Source: Nitrosopumilaceae archaeon (GTDB taxonomy: Archaea > Thermoproteota > Nitrososphaeria > Nitrososphaerales > Nitrosopumilaceae). From it: DNA of 64,000 nt. The notes below the pieces were generated by a model, which was not told where the DNA came from, ran no database searches, and was given only the letters and a program-made list of their open reading frames with translations. Location: positions 384,001 to 448,000 of the forward strand of contig OZ242376.1 in the NCBI GenBank assembly GCA_965209085.1, written 5' to 3'. The position numbers and the translations under genes are program-made. Every line of letters starts with the position of its first letter. The first letter of the stretch is position 1. Below, in pieces: positions 1-8,095 of the stretch.

Positions 1-768
1 GCTGAATCATCAGATGGCACAAGCGTGAGTCTTTTAGATCCGCAATCTGCGGATATTTCAGGAATAGCGTCAGTTACAAACAACGCCCCTGAAAAATTCC
101 AACTGGGGGATACAGTGGTAACCTGGACCCTTACGGACAATTACAATAACACGGCTACGGCAGAACAGACTGTCAGTATTGTCGATACGACTCCTCCGGT
201 GATAGATTTGCCGGATACTGTGGTATTTGAAATAACGGGAACAAGTACCAGAGCGTCCCTTGAAGATGCCACAGCATTTGATTTGGTGGACGGTGCAGTT
301 TCAGTTACAAACAACGCCCCAGAATCGTTTGGATTGGAAAAAGTAAACATAACATGGACTTCCACTGATGCATCAGGAAATACCGCAAAGACCATTCAGA
401 TTCTTGAACCAAACGCATGCGGAAAACCGCTTTCGTATTACGTATTGACGGTTGGAACCGACTTGGATGATTCAATACGCGGAACCGCCCAGCCTGATCT
501 GATGTTTCTTTTGCGCGGAGATGATGTTGTATTTGGAGAGCGCGGCAATGACTGCATATTCGGAGGACAGGGCTCTGATGTGATATTCGGCGGCGAAGGG
601 GATGATACGCTCTATGGGGACGAGGATGGCGATGTACTGCGCGGCGATTCAGGCTCTGATTCCATATTTGGAGGCGAAGGATACGATATAATCGACGGTG
701 GAGACGGATACGATTCATGCGGCCTGATAACTGACACAGCGCAGGATCTGACCATACGGTGCGAATAA
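1..768 (+). CDS. C-terminal part of a large secreted HYR-domain protein with RTX-type Ca2+-binding repeats (5' end lies before the window)
   Basis: Frame is open from base 1 (AESSDGTSVSLLD...). Two HYR-like units (NNAPE.F.LG...VTWT..D..GN.A) are followed by GGxGxDxxx nonapeptide repeats. Confidence 0.8.
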   Translation, partial: AESSDGTSVSLLDPQSADISGIASVTNNAPEKFQLGDTVVTWTLTDNYNNTATAEQTVSIVDTTPPVIDLPDTVVFEITGTSTRASLEDATAFDLVDGAVSVTNNAPESFGLEKVNITWTSTDASGNTAKTIQILEPNACGKPLSYYVLTVGTDLDDSIRGTAQPDLMFLLRGDDVVFGERGNDCIFGGQGSDVIFGGEGDDTLYGDEDGDVLRGDSGSDSIFGGEGYDIIDGGDGYDSCGLITDTAQDLTIRCE

Positions 769-816
769 CCGTCAGGACTTCAGACTTTTATTTGCGGCAA
801 AGACAACACGTGCCGA

Positions 817-903
817 GCGGAGATCGCCTAGCCTGGTAGGGCGTGTGATTGCTAATCCCATGTCCGAAAGGACACGGGGGTTCAAATCCCCCTCTCCGCG
901 CCA
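817..903 (+). tRNA. tRNA-Ser (GCT), long variable arm, CCA encoded
   Basis: Acceptor GCGGAGA/TCTCCGC, anticodon loop TT-GCT-AA, variable arm TGTCC-GAAA-GGACA, T arm GGGGG-TTCAAAT-CCCCC, discriminator G then CCA. Confidence 0.95.
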
Positions 904-960
904 TATTGCCGAATGTGTACAAAAATTACAGTTAAAATAGGCGGCAGCCGCATGTTTGAC

Positions 961-1122
961 ATGGGTCGCAGAAAATCACAAAAGATCATCCGTTCAGCTC
1001 CAAGAAACGTTACTACAGGCATGTGTCCAAAGTGCCAGACCATAGGGCGCATCTACATCATTGGAAAACCTGGGAAAGAACACGGTAAATGTCCCGCATG
1101 CAACCAAGATTTTGATCTCTAA
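961..1122 (+). CDS. Small Zn-ribbon protein, Elf1-like (53 aa)
   Basis: MGRRKSQK basic N-terminus plus CPKC and CPAC pairs. The ATG at 961 fits better than the ORF-track start at 913. Confidence 0.6.
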   Translation: MGRRKSQKIIRSAPRNVTTGMCPKCQTIGRIYIIGKPGKEHGKCPACNQDFDL

Positions 1123-1175
1123 TCCGTGGAAAAACAATAACTTTTTAAGTAAATTTTTAAAGTATATGATCGGCT

Positions 1176-1349
1176 ATGGTAAAGAAAGACTCCGAGACAG
1201 TATACGATAAAGTGGCAAAACTCGAAAAAGAGGTCATAATGTTGCGCAAACAAATGGACGTGGTATTGGGTGCCGTACGCAATAAAATTGCACGGCACGA
1301 GATAGCCATGATACGCGAAGGCGACGATGTAAAGTCAGTATTGGACTAG
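1176..1349 (+). CDS. Hypothetical coiled-coil microprotein (57 aa)
   Basis: Hand translation MVKKDSETVYDKVAKLEKEVIMLRKQMDVVLGAVRNKIARHEIAMIREGDDVKSVLD*. AT-rich TATA-like element upstream; fills the gap between genes. Confidence 0.7.
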   Translation: MVKKDSETVYDKVAKLEKEVIMLRKQMDVVLGAVRNKIARHEIAMIREGDDVKSVLD

Positions 1350-2167
1350 ATTTTTTCACGTATGCTTTTTATCATCTCTAAAACATGATCAATGTCGTGT
1401 CCTCCTGGATTTATCTCAAGATACCTGTTTAGGTGCTCAAGGGATGCACTATAATGCAGCAGCCTTGCCTCGATTATTCCCTTGTCCCTTACATCGTCGG
1501 GGGATTCAGGATCAAATGCAAGAACCATGTCTGCGCATCTTCCTGCCCTTGCATAATCGTACGAATGCATGTACGAATTTTTCAGATTGCGCGCCATACG
1601 AATCATCAGCCTCTCAGGTTTGGCCTCGTCAAGATATTCTGGTTTAAACAAAACTTCGCCATCAAAGACACTGTCCAAAATTACCTGCAAATCATCGTGT
1701 CCTACAATCATTCCGCCGTTGTACGGATCAAGTATGACCATCTCTCCAATCTTTGCCAAAATATGTCCTGGAAAATCAACCAACCTGACGTTAAGGCCTG
1801 TATGTCCTGCCACCTCTGCGTACATTATGGATAACGTAATGGGGATGCCAGTTTTTTTGTCAATGACCTCGTTGAGAAAATTGTTGCGCGGATCGTAATA
1901 ATCTGTCTCGTCCGGACCGTATCCAAGTGATCCAAAAAACTCTCCGTTGAATCTGCCGACCCTGTCTGCAATTTCACCCTCGCCGGAGCATACAGACCAG
2001 CAGTGTCTGCCAAGTGCGTTTATTTTTTCAATGTATGCGCCAATATCCAAGTCGGGGTATTCGAGCAGTTGGGCCATCTTGAGATATTTTTCAACCGGTC
2101 CAAGATTTGGATTATTCACATACGATGCCCATTCTGCCACAAATGGGTCAAATCCGTGCTCTTCCAC
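1346..2167 (-). CDS. SirB1-family (transglutaminase-like + TPR) protein
   Basis: YYDPRNNFLNEVIDKKTGIPITLS, FPGH and LDPYNGG motifs; C-terminal TPR-like helices. Confidence 0.9.
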   Translation of the reverse strand: MEEHGFDPFVAEWASYVNNPNLGPVEKYLKMAQLLEYPDLDIGAYIEKINALGRHCWSVCSGEGEIADRVGRFNGEFFGSLGYGPDETDYYDPRNNFLNEVIDKKTGIPITLSIMYAEVAGHTGLNVRLVDFPGHILAKIGEMVILDPYNGGMIVGHDDLQVILDSVFDGEVLFKPEYLDEAKPERLMIRMARNLKNSYMHSYDYARAGRCADMVLAFDPESPDDVRDKGIIEARLLHYSASLEHLNRYLEINPGGHDIDHVLEMIKSIREKI

Positions 2168-2170
2168 GAG

Positions 2171-3358
2171 TTACACCCTTGCCAGATACGTCCCAGGTTC
2201 CTTTAACTCGCGCGTGGTGGGGGGACTATCAAGAAGCATTTCAAAAGTTTTCTTTCCATGTTTTTCATATACTGCCTTTGTGAAATCCCTTCCCATGCTT
2301 TTTCGAACCCTGTACGAGGATATGTCGGTGCCGGCAAATGTGGACAGATATGCTGCAAAATCCTCGTCATCTCCGAGCACGTTTTCCACGGCAAATTCGG
2401 CCATCCCCTCCATTGCGGTAAACGCCGCATGGTGCGACTGTATGGGCTCCAGCCAGCGCTGGTAAATTTCCAAAAGTTCTGGAACCATCCCAGATATCTT
2501 TGGATCTATCTCAACCTTGTTGAACGTCATCACGTCCGGACCTAGAATGTTGACGATAAAGTTGTCCGGATTTAACATGAAAAATAAATTTGCCCTCTTT
2601 GCAATGGGAAAATCATCCGGTACGGTCTGCAGCTGCAGGTATTCGTAAAGGGATGATGCGGTGTCATCGTCCAGCGAATTTATTATTCCTGCCAGTTCTT
2701 CATTTATCAGGTTTACCTCAAGCGAGGCTTTTTCATTTATTTTGTGCAGTTTTTCCTGTCCTGAATGAACCAGCTCTTCAAGTATTGTCATCTTCAAGGC
2801 TCCCATGTATCCGGAATTTACGCGCTCAAATTTCTGATCAAAGGGCTCACCCTGTCTGTAGAGTATTATCCGGGGGTAGTTTGATAGTACAAATTTGTTC
2901 AGATATACCGTTCCATCCATATAGTCGCCGTACGTCGTGGAGATCTTTGAGAGGTATGCTTTTGCGTACGTTGAATATACGAAAAATCTCGGCCTGTCTT
3001 CCTTTATGAGATTGGATATTTCCACAACGTTGGCAGCAGATACTGCTGCAAAAAGTCTGTCTATATACTGGCGTGAATCGTCTTTTGCCACCACTTTTCT
3101 GCCCTTGAGCGCTTTGAATTCATTCAAATCTGCAAATTCAAGAACGGTATTGCTGCAATCCAGCCCTGTAAATTCTGACATTTTCTCCCCCATGGGATCA
3201 AAGAATCTTTTCGCCGCATCCTCGAGCGGCTCAAATTTCACATCAAAGGGAGAATCACCGGATATCTTTTCTGCAAGATCCGCAATCACTTTCTCTTCGT
3301 TTGTTTCAACGGCAATCTGATCAAGCAACGCGTCTGCAAATTCCTCAAGCTCTGGCAT
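2171..3358 (-). CDS. Hypothetical protein with zincin-like features
   Basis: Start placed at MPELEEF because the longer ORF runs into the tRNA. Motifs EELVHSGQ and MEGMAEF. Confidence 0.7.
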   Translation of the reverse strand: MPELEEFADALLDQIAVETNEEKVIADLAEKISGDSPFDVKFEPLEDAAKRFFDPMGEKMSEFTGLDCSNTVLEFADLNEFKALKGRKVVAKDDSRQYIDRLFAAVSAANVVEISNLIKEDRPRFFVYSTYAKAYLSKISTTYGDYMDGTVYLNKFVLSNYPRIILYRQGEPFDQKFERVNSGYMGALKMTILEELVHSGQEKLHKINEKASLEVNLINEELAGIINSLDDDTASSLYEYLQLQTVPDDFPIAKRANLFFMLNPDNFIVNILGPDVMTFNKVEIDPKISGMVPELLEIYQRWLEPIQSHHAAFTAMEGMAEFAVENVLGDDEDFAAYLSTFAGTDISSYRVRKSMGRDFTKAVYEKHGKKTFEMLLDSPPTTRELKEPGTYLARV

Positions 3359-3432
3359 GAAAATTGCATATGCGTTGCTGAATTTAACGCTAGTGATGGG
3401 GCATCCGCTGACCTTGAACGTGCATCTGTGTG

Positions 3433-3530
3433 TGGTGCCGGAGGTGGGTTTCGAACCCACGACCTCCAGATTATGAGTATTGCCCTACACGGGGAGGCTG
3501 GCACTCTAGGCCAGGCTGAGCTACTCCGGC
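3433..3530 (-). tRNA. tRNA-Met (CAT), probably elongator, with a 19-nt non-canonical intron (3479-3497); CCA encoded
   Basis: Reverse complement GCCGGAG...CCAG[CCTCCCCGTGTAGGGCAAT]ACTCATAATCTGG...GTGGGTTCGAAACCCACCTCCGGCACCA. Removing the intron restores the CCAGA/TCTGG anticodon stem. Confidence 0.92.
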
Positions 3531-3576
3531 ACGAAATAAAGCCTGTCGTGTGTTAAATTAAATGATTCGTATGATG

Positions 3577-5172
3577 TCAGTATTTTTTAGAAACGGACGA
3601 CCATTTGTCATGTTCTTCCTTTACCCACAGAAACTTTCTTTGTAGCGCCAAAGTATACAGTTTTTCCCAAGGAACTTCAACGTGATCCGTCCATGATTTT
3701 AGGACGCGGGGGTCTATATAATTGCGCAGCGAAGTGCCGAGATTATAGTCGCGTGTTTGCTGCACCAGTTCAAGCTGCAGTTTGAGCTTGGTTATTCTTT
3801 CTTTTTTGCGTATTTCCTGTTTCTTTGTTTTGGTTTTTGCATTCTTTACATTTTTGAGGATTTCACGTTTCTTTTCAATGGATTCTTTAAAGGTTTTTGG
3901 AATAGTACGTTTGTGATTGCACATCTTTGCAGCCTCAAGATTTGCAAGTTTTGCATAATAGATCTTTTCCACGGGAGTCTTGCCTGATATGTTGCCGACA
4001 TTCCTGAGATATTTTGAAACCACAGTTGATGCAAGATATGTTCTAAACACTTTTGCCGACAGGCCGTCAACTATGCCTGAAAAATACATGTTTACATGTC
4101 TTGACGTAATTCCGCCGAATATCTCCTCTTTTGGGGATATTTTATCCGTAAGTTCCTTGAGGTTGAGGCGGAACTGTTCATCATGACCCACGGCTTTTAC
4201 CGTCTCGCGCCATCTGACACTGTCTTTTCCAAGAAAATCAAATTCTATTGCATCATTTGTGATCTTTACATGTTCTTTACGCAGTGTGGTAGCTCCCACG
4301 GTGTCCGCCTCGTCGGGATCTTTTTCATCTCCCACCCTCATGGCAGTTCTGTATATGAGATAACATGCGGTGGCCACCAGTTTTTTTCTTGTATCTGAGC
4401 CTTTCATATCGCGTGTAATCTGCGCGCTTATACGCTCGATGCTCTTTGAGAGGTTTTCGGCTTTGACATATTTTGCTTTGTCATTTTTTTGTTTTATTCC
4501 TGCCGTGTCTGCAAACCCGACGTATTTTGTATTTTTTGTAAGATCGTCCACCCAGCTTGCTAGCCACGCGGCCTCTTGATTGTGAATAATTTTTCCCCAT
4601 TTGCCGGGAGGAACTTTGGCTTCCTTGCCCATGTTCAAAATTACATCCCCGTGCATTACGCGTTTTTTCCATTTCCCTCTGAGGGGATGCGCTCCCCTTC
4701 CTATGAATATGCCCGGGGGTTCGGCCATATAGTTTCCAACCTCTACTTTTTCACCGTCAAGAACTGCAACACCGTACTGGTCTTTTAATTTTTCACGCAG
4801 CTCTTTTCGTTTTTTTGCAAGGGATTTTCGATCTTCTTTTGTCATCATCTCACGCGCGTCTTTTTCTGCGTCAACAATTTTGTACATGTCTGAAAAATTA
4901 ATATCCAAATATTTTGTACCAGAAAATTCCTTGCCAAGCTGGCGCGAAAAATCTTTTGTAAAGTTTTTCTGAAACACCGTATCCTGTACGTACGGCGTGT
5001 CTTTTTTTTTGGCCCACAGATATGCCATTTCTTCCTGCAGCGGCGTAAGATTTGTTTTTTTACCCTTTATGGAAACTGACAGCCCTTTTGTCTCGTATGC
5101 TGGAGGAAAAAGTATGCCGTTGTGCTGCAGGGTGTTCCATTTTTTTTCTTTTTTCTTTTTTATCTTGTTCAT
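3577..5172 (-). CDS. top1: DNA topoisomerase IB (eukaryote-like)
   Basis: KWNTLQHNGILFPP, EPPGIFIGRGAHP, RVGDEK...DTVG, FLGKDS, KVFRTY and catalytic SLRNYIDPR motifs. Confidence 0.97.
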   Translation of the reverse strand: MNKIKKKKEKKWNTLQHNGILFPPAYETKGLSVSIKGKKTNLTPLQEEMAYLWAKKKDTPYVQDTVFQKNFTKDFSRQLGKEFSGTKYLDINFSDMYKIVDAEKDAREMMTKEDRKSLAKKRKELREKLKDQYGVAVLDGEKVEVGNYMAEPPGIFIGRGAHPLRGKWKKRVMHGDVILNMGKEAKVPPGKWGKIIHNQEAAWLASWVDDLTKNTKYVGFADTAGIKQKNDKAKYVKAENLSKSIERISAQITRDMKGSDTRKKLVATACYLIYRTAMRVGDEKDPDEADTVGATTLRKEHVKITNDAIEFDFLGKDSVRWRETVKAVGHDEQFRLNLKELTDKISPKEEIFGGITSRHVNMYFSGIVDGLSAKVFRTYLASTVVSKYLRNVGNISGKTPVEKIYYAKLANLEAAKMCNHKRTIPKTFKESIEKKREILKNVKNAKTKTKKQEIRKKERITKLKLQLELVQQTRDYNLGTSLRNYIDPRVLKSWTDHVEVPWEKLYTLALQRKFLWVKEEHDKWSSVSKKY

Positions 5173-5265
5173 ATAAAACGCACCATAATTGTGGACTTTG
5201 ACATAAACTCCACATATTGGTATATCAATTTACCCATATAACAACATACAGTATGATTCATGCGA

Positions 5266-6009
5266 TTATGCACCGTCCATTTTTGCAGGACACATACTGC
5301 GGTATTTGCAGACCCTGCATTTTGCCACGACGTTGTGATGTTTTGGCTCTGCAGCGTTCAAAAGCAGCGTTGCAAATCTCTCCACCGCTTGGTTAAGATA
5401 CGCCGTTTCATACACACCGCATTTGCCGGTATATTTTTTCACAAGCGCATTGCCGTTGTTTTTATCGCGTATGTTTACCGTCCATTCCTTTGATTTATTT
5501 TCAATTTCAAACCAGTCTTCGCCTTCTGAGGAATGCGAATAATCCGAATTCAAATATGCAAGAATCTGCAGCAGCTGGTTGTCGTATGGAGCATCCCTCT
5601 TCAGATACGGGAGCGTTTTTGCCGGAAATTTGTCATCCTCCACTCCAAGTATGCCTTCGGATCTTTTCAGCTTGTCGGTTCTGCCGTAGAGTGTTACCAC
5701 CGCATCTTTGCGCCCAATCCTGATGTTTGAGCGCATTCGCGTGCGTATGTACTCGCGGGGAAATTCAATATTCTGAACCGGATCCGCAATCTGCTTGACG
5801 GTAACCTCTTCAAGTACAACGTGTTCTTTTTCATACTCTTCCTCCTCCTCGTGCGCTTCAAGGCCTGCCATGACTGCCTTTGAGGGTTCGGTTTTTATTT
5901 TTTGCAGTACCATGGGAGCTTCGTATTCACAGTATCCAATAACGCCGGTAAATTCACTGACGGATGCTGCCACGTGATCCGTATCGCCAGTGCTCCAGGT
6001 ACTTGCCAT
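5266..6009 (-). CDS. Exo5/Cas4-like PD-(D/E)XK nuclease with a 4-Cys Fe-S cluster motif
   Basis: N-terminal SVSE...YCE, G...H (GLEAH), GRTD, EDDK, QILAY and C-terminal CRVCKYRSMC. Likely start is ATG 6009, not the ORF-track 6288. Confidence 0.8.
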   Translation of the reverse strand: MASTWSTGDTDHVAASVSEFTGVIGYCEYEAPMVLQKIKTEPSKAVMAGLEAHEEEEEYEKEHVVLEEVTVKQIADPVQNIEFPREYIRTRMRSNIRIGRKDAVVTLYGRTDKLKRSEGILGVEDDKFPAKTLPYLKRDAPYDNQLLQILAYLNSDYSHSSEGEDWFEIENKSKEWTVNIRDKNNGNALVKKYTGKCGVYETAYLNQAVERFATLLLNAAEPKHHNVVAKCRVCKYRSMCPAKMDGA

Positions 6010-6058
6010 GTTTAAAGGCAAACTTCCGACTTTAAAAATATGTGCAGCATACTCTGCT

Positions 6059-6292
6059 CTAAATGTCAGAGACGTCATCGGATGCACCAAAAACATCGTG
6101 TTTGACAACCCCGGTCCAGCATCCAAAATGATAGAATATGCGGCGTTTGTGATCCGTAACGCTACTTTCCGTACCGATTGTTTTGCCGCACACGTAGCAT
6201 ATCTGCCCGGATGGCAAAGACGAGCTTGCCTGACCTTTCCAGTATATGCCGGCAAAGAATGCCAAAAGCACCATGCCAACCTCTGCAATCAT
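6059..6292 (-). CDS. Membrane-anchored Zn-finger microprotein (77 aa)
   Basis: Hydrophobic N-terminus VGMVLLAFFAGIYW, then CYVC...HFGC. Confidence 0.55.
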   Translation of the reverse strand: MIAEVGMVLLAFFAGIYWKGQASSSLPSGQICYVCGKTIGTESSVTDHKRRIFYHFGCWTGVVKHDVFGASDDVSDI

Positions 6293-6472
6293 GGGACATC
6301 TAGCCTCTGTATAGCATTGGTTCGTTGTCGCCATCGTCAAACTCGCGGATTATTATCGGATACATCTTTGAATTTGCAGATTTTGCAGGTCTGATCTCAT
6401 TTTTCATCATGATTGAATGTGGGTTTAGAAATTATTATATTACACCACCATAGTATGCATATTGAACATAAT

Positions 6473-7219
6473 ATGAATAATGTTACGGATTTGCGCGTAC
6501 ATGTGGCCCCTGTGGGATATGAGGAAGACCGGATAGTGATTCCGGCGATACAAAAAAAAGCCGACCGTGTTTGGCTTTTGGTGCATTCAAATCCCAGTGA
6601 AGATCGGGCACTGCAGTTTACGGAAAGAATTAAGAAAAAACTGGAAAATGAAAAAATCGAGGTTGTTACAGAACCGCACGACAGGACGGATTTTTTTCAA
6701 ATAATAAAATGTATAAAATCCGTAATAGAAAAAGAAAAACAAAACACCCTGTACATTAATCTGGCATCCGGATCCAAAATACAGTCAATCGCCCTGATGA
6801 TGGGATGCATGACGGTTAACAACAGACAGAACATACGTCCGTTTTACGCAGAGGCTGAAAGTTATCCTGGAATGGCAAAAAAACAAATCTCATACGGCGT
6901 TAAAAACATAATGGACGTTCCAACATACAGAATACATACTCCAAAACCCGCGCTTGTTGCAGCACTGCATCTGATACGCCAGGAAAACGGCCGCATTACA
7001 AAAAAACGGCTTGCACAACTTGCAATTGAATCGGGAATAATAAACGTGGGGGCAAGGGAAGAAAATAAAAATCCTGCCGCCCTGACAAGTCTGGCACAAA
7101 ACATTATACGGCCGCTTGAAGATGAATGGGGTTATATCCGGATAGAAAAAGTGGGAAGAAACCGGTGGGTGGAGCTGACCGAAGAGGGACGCAACGTTAC
7201 GGAATTTCTCTCTAAGTGA
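6473..7219 (+). CDS. CARF/Csa3-like Rossmann + winged-HTH transcriptional regulator (HFX_2341/DUF6293-like)
   Basis: RVHVAPVGYEEDRI..PAI...ADRVWLL and YINLASGSKI motifs; C-terminal wHTH ending GYIRIEKVGRNRWVELTEEG. Confidence 0.8.
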   Translation: MNNVTDLRVHVAPVGYEEDRIVIPAIQKKADRVWLLVHSNPSEDRALQFTERIKKKLENEKIEVVTEPHDRTDFFQIIKCIKSVIEKEKQNTLYINLASGSKIQSIALMMGCMTVNNRQNIRPFYAEAESYPGMAKKQISYGVKNIMDVPTYRIHTPKPALVAALHLIRQENGRITKKRLAQLAIESGIINVGAREENKNPAALTSLAQNIIRPLEDEWGYIRIEKVGRNRWVELTEEGRNVTEFLSK

Positions 7220-8036
7220 ACAGCTGCGATTTTATGTAATTTTCAAACTCAATGTCAGTCTTGCCGCGTCTTACCTCATCAAACATTGCAGCATCAGTAC
7301 CCACAGTATACCTTGGAAGGGGATTTTCTTCCTCTAAAACGTCCGCTATTTTTTTGGCAACCTCTGCCGGTTCTGTTCCAAACTGCGCCATCATCTTTAT
7401 GCCAGAAACCACCTTGTCTGTGAGCTCCCCGTACGGGGAATTTTCTTTGGGTTTTACCACCCTTAGCGAATCAAAGAATTTTGTTTTTGTCACGCCCGGT
7501 TCCACGGTTATGACCTTTATTCCAAACTGTCCAAGCTCGTACCTAAGGCACTCTCCGAGTCCCTCTAGTGCGAATTTGGAGCTCACGTATGCTGGCGATC
7601 CTGGAAATCCTATCTTACCTGCGATGGAGCTTACATTTACAATGTGTCCGGAACCTTTGGCCCTCATTGACGGGGAAATCTGGCGTATTATTCGTGCAAC
7701 ACTGAAAAAATTTGTCTCAAACTGGGATTTTAATTCGGCATCCGAAATGTCCTCAAGACTCCCAAACAGTCCGTAACCGGCATTGTTTACCAAAACGTCA
7801 ATACTGCCGCATTCGGAGAGCACCGAATCTATTGCCGTACCGGTTGCCACTGCATCATCAACATCCATTGGAATTATTCTTATGTCCATCCCGTCTTTTG
7901 CCGCATCGGCAAGACCGCCGTCATTGGATGCCCTGTGCACTCCGGCATACGTGACGTATCCACGTTTTGCGATCTCTAGTGCGGTTTCGTATCCTATGCC
8001 GCTTGAACTTCCCGTCACAAGCGCAGTTTTTGCCAT
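7212..8036 (-). CDS. Short-chain dehydrogenase/reductase
   Basis: TGSSSGIG, NNAG and YVSSK motifs. Confidence 0.95.
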   Translation of the reverse strand: MAKTALVTGSSSGIGYETALEIAKRGYVTYAGVHRASNDGGLADAAKDGMDIRIIPMDVDDAVATGTAIDSVLSECGSIDVLVNNAGYGLFGSLEDISDAELKSQFETNFFSVARIIRQISPSMRAKGSGHIVNVSSIAGKIGFPGSPAYVSSKFALEGLGECLRYELGQFGIKVITVEPGVTKTKFFDSLRVVKPKENSPYGELTDKVVSGIKMMAQFGTEPAEVAKKIADVLEEENPLPRYTVGTDAAMFDEVRRGKTDIEFENYIKSQLFT

Positions 8037-8095
8037 GCGTTAGCATACCATGTATTGGTTTATCATTCTTTAGGAAGTGGGGGTTTTATGGCCGC

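Noticed and set aside
817-3530. tRNA-anchored integrated element between or next to the two tRNAs
   Set aside because: No integrase and no duplicated tRNA 3' end seen in the window.
5266-7219. CRISPR-Cas locus suggested by Cas4-like and Csa3-like genes
   Set aside because: No array, cas1, cas2 or effector genes in the window.
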